A DNA stretch of 64,000 nt from Gemmatales bacterium (GTDB lineage Bacteria > Planctomycetota > Planctomycetia > Gemmatales > HRBIN36). Shown here piece after piece: positions 20,695 through 29,718 of this stretch. The position numbers were made by a program, and so were the translations under genes. Where the stretch lies: contig JBEPZY010000003.1 of assembly GCA_041640595.1 (NCBI GenBank), positions 244,773 through 308,772 of the forward strand. Direction: 5' to 3'. Each line of letters opens with the position of its first letter. Position 1 is the first letter of the stretch. The notes under the pieces were generated by a model. That model searched no databases, had not been told where the DNA came from, and saw only the letters and a list, made by a program, of their open reading frames with translations.

Positions 20695-21177
20695 ATGATG
20701 CCGCAACCCAATGAGCTGGCTGTGCCGGACTCCTTGAAGCCACTGCTGGCCGGATTCCCCGTGACGGTGACCTTCCCGGTCCACTGGGGAGAAATGGACG
20801 CCTATCGCCACGTGAACAACGTGGTGTATTTTCGCTACTTCGAGAGTGCGCGAGCCGCCTATTTCCGTGCGGTAAACTGGCCAGAAATCGAAATGGCAAC
20901 AGGAATCGGACCAATCCTGGCCTCAGCGGAATGCCGATTTCGCCGGGCCTTACGCTATCCCGATACGGTCACCGTGGCGATTCGTGTCGTGCCGCCTTTG
21001 GCGGAGGATCGTTTCACCATGGAGTTTCGCATCGTCAGCCATGAGCAACTCGCCCTTGCCGCCGAGGGCAAGGGAGTTATTGTCGGTTATCACTACGGCC
21101 AGATGCAAAAGGCAGCGCTTCCGACCGAATTACGGCAACGCATCGCCCAGCTGGAAAACTGGCCGGCTGAGCAATAA
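20695..21177 (+). CDS. Acyl-CoA thioesterase (4HBT/YbgC family)
   Basis: WGEMDAYRHVNNVVYFRYFESAR, LRYPD. Confidence 0.92.
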   Translation: MMPQPNELAVPDSLKPLLAGFPVTVTFPVHWGEMDAYRHVNNVVYFRYFESARAAYFRAVNWPEIEMATGIGPILASAECRFRRALRYPDTVTVAIRVVPPLAEDRFTMEFRIVSHEQLALAAEGKGVIVGYHYGQMQKAALPTELRQRIAQLENWPAEQ

Positions 21178-21380
21178 TCCATCCGCCTTTGTCCGCGGGG
21201 ATAGAAACCATTTTGCTTGGTCGAAAACATCCTGGCGCGGGGCAGGAGCATTCAGGACGCTTCCTCGTCGAACACGACCACGATAGCTTTCGACGGCAGC
21301 ACCACGACTCTGTACCCGAGCACATCCCTGGTAAGATATTCCCACCACAGAAGCTCCCGATGGAATCACCGCGCGCCAGG

Positions 21381-22394
21381 ATTATCTAGGATGCTTAGTC
21401 ATCGAAGGACGCGGATGCTTAACCTTGATTTGCCGCAGTCCATGTGAGTATTAGACAAGATGCTCGGTCATGGTAGGAACCCATTTGCTCTTGTCTCTAA
21501 CCAGGACGGAATAGGCATTAGCTTAGGAGATGTCGCTTCCGGTAGGAACTAGCTGGCGCTTCAAACGCCAAACAGAGGACGGACTAGGACTTAGCACAGC
21601 AGGTCTTGCTTTCCCTATTCGTATCCTGACAGCCGGAACAAATTCACTTAGTCCCAGTTGACTATGTGTGGATTGACATCTGCAGGAGTCTTACAATCCT
21701 AACAGCCGGAACAAGTTCCCTCAGTTCCAGTTGGCACCCCGGCGATAAAGAAGATTAGGCCCAGCAGTGTGATTTCGCTGACGTACTGATGACATATTGT
21801 TCGCCCCAGCGGTAAAGAGGATTAGGCCGAGCAGTTTTTCTGTTTTGTAATACTTGACGACGGTTGTTAACCCAGCGGTGAAGAGGATTAGGCCCAGCAG
21901 CCCCGGCTTTAAACGTCCACCAAGTTCAACCTTAGAGTTGCCACCCTGGCGGCAAAGAAGACCAAACCCAGCACCGAGACGCTACACTGTCCGCCACAGT
22001 TTGCCGGCCCAGCGGGAAAAATTGAGCTTGGCAACCAGGCGCCACACTGTCGGCCACACTTGAGGCCGATATGCAGCGATTGCAAAGAAAAGCTGCACGG
22101 GACTGGCAACCAGGCTCCACACTGTCAGCCACACTTGAGTGCATAGGGGGAATGGAAGCTCAACCACTAAATGTCCGGCGGCTTAGTAGGTTTTTAATAA
22201 TGACGCAATAACTTAGCTGGTGGAAGCTCAACCATTAAATGTCCCGCGGCGGCCAGATGCTCGCTGATAACTGGTGCCAGCGCGGGAGTGGAGGCTCAAC
22301 CATGAAATCTCACGCGAGATTGCTGGTCGACATCCGAAAATGTGGCTTCAGGGCATAGGGGGAGCGGAGGCCGAACCATGAGATGGCTCTGCGG
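21381..22394. repeat. Compound stack of CRISPR-geometry mini-arrays with six different repeat families
   Basis: Families E (21381/21450/21517, weak), F (21503/21576), A (21623-21660/21696-21733), B (21738/21805/21871/21945), C (21971/22029/22104), D (22153/22221/22289/22365); periods mostly 66-76 bp; unique, often AT-richer inserts. Confidence 0.85.
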
Positions 22395-22457
22395 TTATTC
22401 GCCCACGCTGTTCGCCCTTAGTTTGCGCCTGCACGCTGCAGGTACGTCGCTTAATGG

Positions 22458-23720
22458 CTAGTCCTTAAGCCCTTCGCGAACGTGAGCGACGCGCAGGAGT
22501 TTGCCATTTTCAGCGTCGTAATAGTACACGTGGCCTGTGCCTGCAGCCACTAGCAGAGTTTTTTCTCCAGGAACAAACGCAACATCCAGTATCTTCATCC
22601 ATAAGCCTGCTAACGGAAAATCGAGTTGTTGCAACGCCCGCTCTACCCAGCGCAGGTGCCTGTCGTCTCGAAATGCAATCCGTCCCGTACTTGCCTCTAA
22701 AACAACCAGTTCGCCAAGTGGATTGGTGACCGACGCGATGAACTTCCCCTGGCTGTCCATTCGTGCAATGAAAGGAAACACCGGGTCTTTTTCCCTTTCG
22801 GTGTAAAGCTTTAGCAAGCCATGCGTCATCGCTCTTTCCAACGTCAAGTTGTTGCGTTTATGATAATACATTTCGGAGCCAGAAAACAAATACATACCAT
22901 CGTCCGCAGGATTCACCGCGACCCAAGGATACGTACTGTTGTTGTGAAGGAGCTCATCCTTAGTCACTTTGCCTTTCTCCACGTCCAGATAACATGCGCG
23001 GATAGAGCTGGGCAAAGCAAAGAGGCTAACCCCGTCATCGGGGACGGAGCTCTTCCTCTCGCCTTTCGGCGTCTTATCATCGGGCATCGCTTGATAGATG
23101 AGCCTGATACGCCCATCAATGAGGTCACCATACAACACTTCGAGCACAGCCATCGGGACCGACCATTCATGTTGTAACCGCATACCCTTATCTTGCCGAC
23201 TATAGTAGCGCATCGCTAACTTGGAAGTTCGCAATGAGCCCCTATCAATAAGGATCAGATGGTTATCATCTAAGCTCAGCAGTTGAATATACCGATCTGG
23301 AATAGCCTCGGGCAAAGCCTCAGCGCGGGGAAGGTCAATGAGATATACAACCGACGTCGGCGGCAGAGCAGGGCGGACTGTCCCAGTAATAATCAGCCAG
23401 GGCTGCCGTCCCAAGTGGGGGCTCGGGATGACAAACCCTTGTTGCAAGTCCATAAGCGGAATCTCAATCGGTCTTTTGTTCGTTAATCGGAGCGACGGCA
23501 TTTCCCAACACGCCAAACTAAACTCGCCCGTTTCGGTAGGATTGGAGTCCATTGTGTACAAATACAGCCGCCCGTTCTGCTGTACGAATTGTCCGAGAAT
23601 CAAGCTGTCGCGACTGTGTTTCCACTGCTTGTCAGCGGCGTTCTGAGCCGGTACAATTGAATACCTGCAACCTAAACCCACCAGTACTAAGCCAGCGATA
23701 AGCATGATTCTGAAGGACAT
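22458..23720 (-). CDS. Secreted hypothetical protein, possible beta-propeller; lower GC than flanks
   Basis: 420 aa ORF with GGAGG RBS and hydrophobic signal; C-terminal ILDVAFVPGEKTLLVAAGTGHVYYYDAENGKL resembles a WD40 blade. Confidence 0.65.
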   Translation of the reverse strand: MSFRIMLIAGLVLVGLGCRYSIVPAQNAADKQWKHSRDSLILGQFVQQNGRLYLYTMDSNPTETGEFSLACWEMPSLRLTNKRPIEIPLMDLQQGFVIPSPHLGRQPWLIITGTVRPALPPTSVVYLIDLPRAEALPEAIPDRYIQLLSLDDNHLILIDRGSLRTSKLAMRYYSRQDKGMRLQHEWSVPMAVLEVLYGDLIDGRIRLIYQAMPDDKTPKGERKSSVPDDGVSLFALPSSIRACYLDVEKGKVTKDELLHNNSTYPWVAVNPADDGMYLFSGSEMYYHKRNNLTLERAMTHGLLKLYTEREKDPVFPFIARMDSQGKFIASVTNPLGELVVLEASTGRIAFRDDRHLRWVERALQQLDFPLAGLWMKILDVAFVPGEKTLLVAAGTGHVYYYDAENGKLLRVAHVREGLKD

Positions 23721-23832
23721 GGTTTGCCTCCTTTTGTAATGTTTCTGGGAGTTTTATTAACCGCCTTATAGCATCGGGTCGCCCGCTGCCCGCGCGGCGG
23801 CCGACTACCGATAGGCACCGACCGAGGTGGAG

Positions 23833-23937
23833 ACGGCCACCGTCGCAGCTCAAGCGACCGCAATCGCAGGTAAAGCAACCGCAATCGCAGCCCAAGCGAG
23901 CGCAATCGCAGGTGAAGCGACCGCAATCCAAGGTGAA
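23833..23937. repeat. Five degenerate 21-bp tandem repeats (consensus about GCGACCGCAATCGCAGGTGAA)
   Basis: Units start at 23833, 23854, 23875, 23896 and 23917. Confidence 0.8.
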
Positions 23938-24341
23938 GTTACCAAAAAACACGCCGCCGGTCAAAAGCAAAATCGAAAAATTTTCACTGCGGCGGTAATT
24001 TTCGGCAAGTTGCGGAATGGATAGAAGCTGCCGAGGCGGCGGACGGGCACGATGCGGGAATTGTGCGAAACGCGGAAACTCGGTCCAACCGTGTGTAGCC
24101 GGCGGGTGGGACAGGTACCGTCTGTGAATTTTGCCAGACTAAGAAAGGGTCGCATTGGGCGCTGGTGGCCTGGCTAATGTTCTTGTGAGACCGGCAAGCT
24201 GCGAGTTGACAGGGATCTCATTTAGCCACAATGGCCTGGCCATCCGGTACATGTGCGACACTCAGAAAGGGGCCTATTCCTGACGCGAACTGGACGATAT
24301 TTCGGCCACCGAAGAAAGGCCGCCGGATCGCCCAGAAAGAT

Positions 24342-24452
24342 TCCTGTTGCCGATGCAAACTATAATCCTGCGTCAGGCGCGCTACTGGCGAGTGAGTTCG
24401 CTGGCAGGACCCCGCATCCTATTGTCGGTGCAAACTGTAATCCTGCGTCTGG
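24342..24452. repeat. 36-bp direct repeat pair flanking a 39-bp unique insert
   Basis: 24342-24377 vs 24417-24452, 5 mismatches. Confidence 0.8.
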
Positions 24453-24574
24453 GCCAAATGTTGCTCGTGCGGAGGTGATTTCGTTTAGTCAATGCACGGG
24501 TTGCGGACAGCGCCGGTGGTTTCGCCACCAATGCGCCGGCTGATTTCGGCCAGGGTCCATGTCGTGGGCGAAGC

Positions 24575-25408
24575 TCAATGGCGGGACTGGCCCTGTGGTT
24601 TCGTTGCGGATGGTTTTTGCAGAATAGGTGGTTTGCCAGCGAGGATGTCCTGCTCCCACTGGTCGAGCAGTGGCCAGGAGACCGCACAGGTGCCGAAATC
24701 GGCCATGTACTGGTAGCGTCGCAGGCGGTCTATAGTCCGCTGGATCATCGCGCGATCGTGTGGAAAGACCGGGCCGTGACTGGGCAGCAAATACTCGACG
24801 TCGGCATCGCGGATACGTTCCAGCGACCGAATGAAATCGGGGATATTCGAGCCGTGATGGGCATCAATCACGCCGACACAGCCATCGGCAAAAAGGTTGT
24901 CGCCACTGAAAAGCAAGCGATCGAGTTGCAGGGCGATCTGGCCCGGAGTGTGTCCGGGAGTATGCCAGACCTTCAAGCGAAGTTCGCCGACTTCGATTTC
25001 GTCGCCGTCCTGCAAACGGATGTCCACGCGGCAGGGGGGCATTTCCAGAGCGATTCCCTGGGCCTTGATCTGGGCGAAGGTCAGGATCGGGTCGCCGGTC
25101 TCCAGCGCTGGAACGCTCTCTGAATGGGCGGCCACGCGCGTCTTGAACAACGCGCTGGCGCGGGCCAGACCCTGGGCGTGATCGGCGTCGGCGTGGCTGG
25201 CGATGATCATTTTGCAAGCCGATAAGCTGTAATCCATCCGCAACAGCAGGTCGGCAATCTCTTCGACAGTGTCGGCGTAACCGATGTCAATGAGGATGTA
25301 CTCCGAGCCACCGTCAACCACATAGACGTTGGCACCCAGCCGACGCCCGGCCTGGTAATTGAGTTCGAGCACACGATAATCGGGGAAAAGATATTTTCGG
25401 CGCGTCAT
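24575..25408 (-). CDS. MBL-fold metallo-hydrolase
   Basis: LIDIG, SHADADH, HTPGHTPG, LFSGD, LLPSHG. Confidence 0.88.
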   Translation of the reverse strand: MTRRKYLFPDYRVLELNYQAGRRLGANVYVVDGGSEYILIDIGYADTVEEIADLLLRMDYSLSACKMIIASHADADHAQGLARASALFKTRVAAHSESVPALETGDPILTFAQIKAQGIALEMPPCRVDIRLQDGDEIEVGELRLKVWHTPGHTPGQIALQLDRLLFSGDNLFADGCVGVIDAHHGSNIPDFIRSLERIRDADVEYLLPSHGPVFPHDRAMIQRTIDRLRRYQYMADFGTCAVSWPLLDQWEQDILAGKPPILQKPSATKPQGQSRH

Positions 25409-25453
25409 TTTCAGGGACCAGTGGTCGGTCGATAGTGACCAGTTGCTCGTGAA

Positions 25454-26041
25454 TTATGGTGTGGTTGGCAAATAGAGTCGCTGCTGAGCAATATAGCACT
25501 CGACGGCCCGCGGTACCAGATAGCGAATGGAACGCCCCTGGCGAATCCGCTGGCGTATATCGGTGCTGGAGATTTCGATGAGCGGGGATTGCACCCAGCG
25601 CACGCGAAACTCCGGCGGCAACGATTCGGGCCTGGTGTAGCCCGGCCGAGCTGCCACCACCAGCGTCGCCATCTGGGCGATAGCAAAAGGTTCGTACCAG
25701 GTCGGAAATTCGCACAAACTGTCGGCCCCCAGCAGGAGGAACCATTCCGCTTCGGGGAATTGCTCGCGCAAGTGTCGCAGCGTCTGCACTGTGTAATTGG
25801 GCACCGGCAGCCGTGTTTCGAGATCGCTTACAACAAAAGCCTCGTGTCCACCTACCGCCAAGCGCAGCATTTCCAGCCGGTGCTCCACGGATGTCAGTGG
25901 CCGATTCAGTTTGTGCGGCGGGTGTGCCGCTGGCATAAACCACACCTGCTCCAGCTCCACCTGTTCGCGGCACTGCTCGGCCACGATGAGATGGCCCAGG
26001 TGCACCGGATCGAAGGTGCCACCGAAAATTCCGATACGCAT
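25454..26041 (-). CDS. nadD: Nicotinate-nucleotide adenylyltransferase
   Basis: IGIFGGTFDPVHLGH, PPHK, LLGADSL, ISSTDIR. Confidence 0.95.
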   Translation of the reverse strand: MRIGIFGGTFDPVHLGHLIVAEQCREQVELEQVWFMPAAHPPHKLNRPLTSVEHRLEMLRLAVGGHEAFVVSDLETRLPVPNYTVQTLRHLREQFPEAEWFLLLGADSLCEFPTWYEPFAIAQMATLVVAARPGYTRPESLPPEFRVRWVQSPLIEISSTDIRQRIRQGRSIRYLVPRAVECYIAQQRLYLPTTP

Positions 26042-26188
26042 TCCACTTCTCCCGCTCAGCCGGTCGCCCGCCATCCCTCCGCTGCAGGTTTTTCAGTTGC
26101 CCGCCCTCCAGCCACGCCACATCTTTAGCAACGCAACCCTTGTGTCCGGATTCTCTGCGATTGCACTCTCTTGGCCGCCACAGACGAG

Positions 26189-26848
26189 TTAGCCCTGCGG
26201 CGTCTGGGTTGACGCACCCGGCAGCCGGAACAGTTCCGCCACCGCACACGTGAAGCCGGGCAGCACATCCTCGCCGTCCAGCACTTCATTTTCCTCCAGC
26301 ACTCGCGGTTCACGGCCTGCCCGGTACACCGTCACATTCCGGCTCTCCCCGTCCACTACCCACACCATCGCTATGCCCGCCCGCAGATACTGCTGCACCT
26401 TCCGCATCACCATCCCCAGCCGATCCGATGGCGACAACACCTCCACCACCAAATCCGGTAACCGCTTCGGTGGGCCCGCAGCAAGCTCGCTCAAAGGCAC
26501 TGTTTCCCTGTAGTAGGCGACGTCCGCTCCTCGCACCACCGGCGGATCAAGTTGCAGAACCAGACCAACGTCATTGGAAATCACCCGCCCTTGTCCCCCT
26601 CGTTCCAAATACGCTAGCAGTGCGCGTATGACCAGGACACAAACTGCCCCATGCAGCTCACCAGGCAAAGCCATGACCACGAGCCTCCCTTCGTCCAGCT
26701 CCAGTTGCCTGTCCGCATACTCCGGCCGCTCGCATAACGCCAGAAATTCCTCCACCGTCAGCAGCTTCCCCGCATCGCTTCCGGTGCGACCATCCCCGGC
26801 CGCTCGCCGCTCTTCCGTCCGTTCTGCCGCCACCGTCCCTACGCTCAT
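26189..26848 (-). CDS. Uma2-family (DUF820) PD-(D/E)XK endonuclease-like protein, copy 5
   Basis: ELDEGRLVVM..H..VRGADVAYY..PDLVVEVLSPSD..KVQQYLRAGIAMVWVVD..LPGF; ATG overlaps the upstream TGA. Confidence 0.9.
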   Translation of the reverse strand: MSVGTVAAERTEERRAAGDGRTGSDAGKLLTVEEFLALCERPEYADRQLELDEGRLVVMALPGELHGAVCVLVIRALLAYLERGGQGRVISNDVGLVLQLDPPVVRGADVAYYRETVPLSELAAGPPKRLPDLVVEVLSPSDRLGMVMRKVQQYLRAGIAMVWVVDGESRNVTVYRAGREPRVLEENEVLDGEDVLPGFTCAVAELFRLPGASTQTPQG

Positions 26849-27534
26849 CGCTGTTCCCCCTTGGCGGTCTCGCTCACTGTGCTCGCCGCCGTCGTTCCCA
26901 TCACCGTTCCAGGAAGGCGGAATAACTCGCTTACGGCACACGTGAAGCCGGGCAGCACTTCTTCCCCGTCCAGCACCTCGTTTTCCTCGAGCACTCGCGG
27001 TTCACGACCTGCCCGGTACACCGTCACATTCCGGCTCTCCCCGTCCACTACCCACACCATCGCTATGCCCGCCCGCAGATACTGCTGCACCTTCCGCATC
27101 ACCATCCCCAACCGATCCGATGGCGACAACACCTCCACCACTAAATCCGGTAACCGCTTCGCCAATCCAGGCGAGATTTCCTCGAGCCGCACATTCTCCC
27201 GGTAATATGCCAAATCCGGGGCCCGCACCGTGTCCGGATCTCGACTCAGCAGCAAACCAGGATCGTTGCAGGCTACACGACCCACACCGGTTCGCCGGAT
27301 GTAGTCAGCCAGCAGAACTCCGATGTACCAGCATTGCGTTCCGTGAGCGTCTCCCGCTGGTGGCATGACCACGAGCCTCCCTTCGTCCAGCTCCAGTTGC
27401 GTGTCCGCATACTCCGGCCGCTCGCATAACGCCAGAAACTCCTCCACCGTCAGCAGCTTCCCCGCATCGCTGCGACCATCCCCGGCCGCTCGCCGCTCTT
27501 CCGCCCGTTCTGCCGCCACTGTCCCTACGCTCAT
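26845..27534 (-). CDS. Uma2-family endonuclease-like protein, copy 4
   Basis: Same motifs; ATGA overlap. Confidence 0.9.
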   Translation of the reverse strand: MSVGTVAAERAEERRAAGDGRSDAGKLLTVEEFLALCERPEYADTQLELDEGRLVVMPPAGDAHGTQCWYIGVLLADYIRRTGVGRVACNDPGLLLSRDPDTVRAPDLAYYRENVRLEEISPGLAKRLPDLVVEVLSPSDRLGMVMRKVQQYLRAGIAMVWVVDGESRNVTVYRAGREPRVLEENEVLDGEEVLPGFTCAVSELFRLPGTVMGTTAASTVSETAKGEQR

Positions 27535-28223
27535 CGCTGTTCCCCCTTGGCGGTCTCGCTCACTGTGCTCGCCGCGGTCGTTCCCATCACCGTTCCAGGA
27601 AGGCGGAATAATTCGCTTACGGCACACGTGAAGCCAGGCAGCACATCCTCGCCGTCCAGCACCTCGTTTTCCTCGAGCACTCGCGGTTCACGACCTGCCC
27701 GGTACACCGTCACATTCCGGCTCTCCCCGTCCACTACCCACACCATCGCTATGCCCGCCCGCAAATACTGCTGCACCTTCCGCATCACCATCCCCAACCG
27801 ATCCGATGGCGACAACACCTCTACCACCAGATCGGGCAGTTCTGTCGTTACCTCATCAGCTAACTCATTCAGGTGCAGCTTGTCGCAGTAGAATGCGAAA
27901 TCAGGACGACGAACCGCTGGCGGTTCGCCGCCCAGAAGAATGCCTGACTCAGCACTTCCGACTCCCTTGCCCATCCGCCGACTGTATTCGGCGAACAACG
28001 CCCCTATTGCCCAAACGATGCCCCCGTGAAGCGGCGATGGTGGTGGCATGACGACAAGCCTCCCTTCGTCCAGCTCCAGTTGCCTGTCCGCATACTCCGG
28101 CCGCTCGCATAACGCCAGAAACTCCTCCACCGTCAGCAGCTTCCCCGCATCGCTTCCGGTGCGACCGTCCCCGACTAGTCGCCGCTCTTCCGCCCGTTCT
28201 GCTGCCACTGTCCCTACGCTCAT
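27531..28223 (-). CDS. Uma2-family endonuclease-like protein, copy 3
   Basis: Same motifs; most divergent central segment. Confidence 0.9.
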   Translation of the reverse strand: MSVGTVAAERAEERRLVGDGRTGSDAGKLLTVEEFLALCERPEYADRQLELDEGRLVVMPPPSPLHGGIVWAIGALFAEYSRRMGKGVGSAESGILLGGEPPAVRRPDFAFYCDKLHLNELADEVTTELPDLVVEVLSPSDRLGMVMRKVQQYLRAGIAMVWVVDGESRNVTVYRAGREPRVLEENEVLDGEDVLPGFTCAVSELFRLPGTVMGTTAASTVSETAKGEQR

Positions 28224-28909
28224 CGCTGTTCCCCCTTCGTTGCCTCTCCCGCTACGCTCGCCGCCGTCGTTCCCATCACCGTTCCAGGGAGGCGGAATAA
28301 TTCGCTTACGGCACACGTGAAGCCAGGCAGCACATCCTCGCCGTCCAGCACCTCGTTTTCCTCGAGCACTCGCGGTTCACGACCTGCCCGGTACACCGTC
28401 ACATTCCGGCTCTCCCCGTCCACTACCCACACCATCGCTATGCCCGCCCGCAGATACTGCTGCACCTTCCGCATCACCATCCCCAGCCGATCCGATGGCG
28501 ACAACACCTCCACCACTAAATCCGGTAACCGCTTCGCCAATCCAGGCGAGATTTCCTCGAGCCGCACATTCTCCCGATAATATGCCAAATCCGGGGCCCG
28601 CACCGTGTCCGGATCTCGGCCCAGCAACAAGCCGGGGTCATTCGTGGCCAGTCTGCCCGTTTGCGTAGCTTCAATGTGCCTGGTCAATGCCCGAATCACC
28701 AACCAACACACTGTTCCATGTAGTTCGCCCGCTGGTGGCATGACCACTAGCCTCCCTTCGTCCAGCTCCAGTTGCCTGTCCGCGTACTCCGGCCGCTCGC
28801 ACAACGCCAGAAATTCCTCCACCGTCAGCAGCTTCCCCGCATCGCTGCGACCATCCCCGGCCGCTCGCCGCTCTTCCGTCCGTTCTGCCGCCACCGTCCC
28901 TACGCTCAT
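28220..28909 (-). CDS. Uma2-family endonuclease-like protein, copy 2
   Basis: Same motifs; ATGA overlap. Confidence 0.9.
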   Translation of the reverse strand: MSVGTVAAERTEERRAAGDGRSDAGKLLTVEEFLALCERPEYADRQLELDEGRLVVMPPAGELHGTVCWLVIRALTRHIEATQTGRLATNDPGLLLGRDPDTVRAPDLAYYRENVRLEEISPGLAKRLPDLVVEVLSPSDRLGMVMRKVQQYLRAGIAMVWVVDGESRNVTVYRAGREPRVLEENEVLDGEDVLPGFTCAVSELFRLPGTVMGTTAASVAGEATKGEQR

Positions 28910-29580
28910 CGCTGTTCCCCCTTCGTTGCCTCTCCCGCTACGCTCGCCGCCGTCGTTCCCATCACCGTTCCAGGAAGGCGGAATAATTCGCTTACGGCGC
29001 ACGTGAAGCCGGGCAGCACTTCTTCCCCGTCCAGCACCTCGTTCTCCTCCAGCACACGCGGTTCACGACCTGTGCGGTACACGGTCACATTCCGGCTCTC
29101 CCCGTCCACTACCCACACCATCGCTATGCCCGCCCGCAGATACTGCTGCACCTTCCGCATCACCATCCCCAACCGATCCGATGGCGACAACACCTCCACC
29201 ACCAAATCGGGCAACCGCTTCGCCAGGCCAGGTGAAATTTCCTCCAGCCGCACATTCTCGCGGTAATATGCCAAATCCGGGGCCCGCACCGTGTCCGGAT
29301 CCCGGCTCAGCAGCAAACCAGGATCGTTGCACAGCACGGCTCCCCCTGCCCGGCGAGCGTAGTCCATCAGCAAGGCCACGATCCACGCACACTGTCTACC
29401 GTGTAGTTCCCCCGCTGGTGGCATGACGATGAGCCTCCCTTCGTCCAGCTCCAGTTGCCTGTCCGCATACTCCGGCCGCTCGCACAACGCCAGAAACTCC
29501 TCGCAAGAAATCTGCCCGCTGGAAACAGGCGATGGTGTTCGCAAACCCGATTCACGTTCGCTGACCAGGATTGCACTCAT
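28906..29580 (-). CDS. Uma2-family endonuclease-like protein, copy 1
   Basis: Same motifs; unique N-terminus; GGGGAG RBS. Confidence 0.9.
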   Translation of the reverse strand: MSAILVSERESGLRTPSPVSSGQISCEEFLALCERPEYADRQLELDEGRLIVMPPAGELHGRQCAWIVALLMDYARRAGGAVLCNDPGLLLSRDPDTVRAPDLAYYRENVRLEEISPGLAKRLPDLVVEVLSPSDRLGMVMRKVQQYLRAGIAMVWVVDGESRNVTVYRTGREPRVLEENEVLDGEEVLPGFTCAVSELFRLPGTVMGTTAASVAGEATKGEQR

Positions 29581-29718
29581 GGTGGACTCCCCGTGCGTCG
29601 GCCAAAATGACCGCCTGTGGGCATTGTAGCCGACGAAAGCCCAACCGCTCGCGTACCGCTGTGCCGCGTTTGCCGCACCGTCCGATGAAGAAAAACTCCA
29701 CTGGAGCGCGTATGTACG

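Noticed and set aside
21381..22394. Canonical CRISPR array
   Set aside because: There is no single conserved repeat, no shared palindrome, no leader and no cas genes in the window. Reported as CRISPR-geometry repeats instead.
21500..22394. Scrambled gene or alternative mini-exon cassettes on the minus strand (consensus reads like SPYALKCGGQCGAWLLGLILFTAG)
   Set aside because: Several copies carry in-frame stops, and my rough count of substitutions by codon position showed only a weak second-position deficit, which is not convincing.
26848..29002. Longer upstream starts (MCRKR...) for Uma2 copies in the ORF track
   Set aside because: They overlap the previous gene by about 97 bp; the ATG overlapping the preceding TGA is the more plausible start.
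26189..29580. Diversity-generating retroelement as the cause of Uma2 or WD40 variability
   Set aside because: No reverse transcriptase or template repeat in the window, and the differences are block replacements rather than adenine-specific changes.
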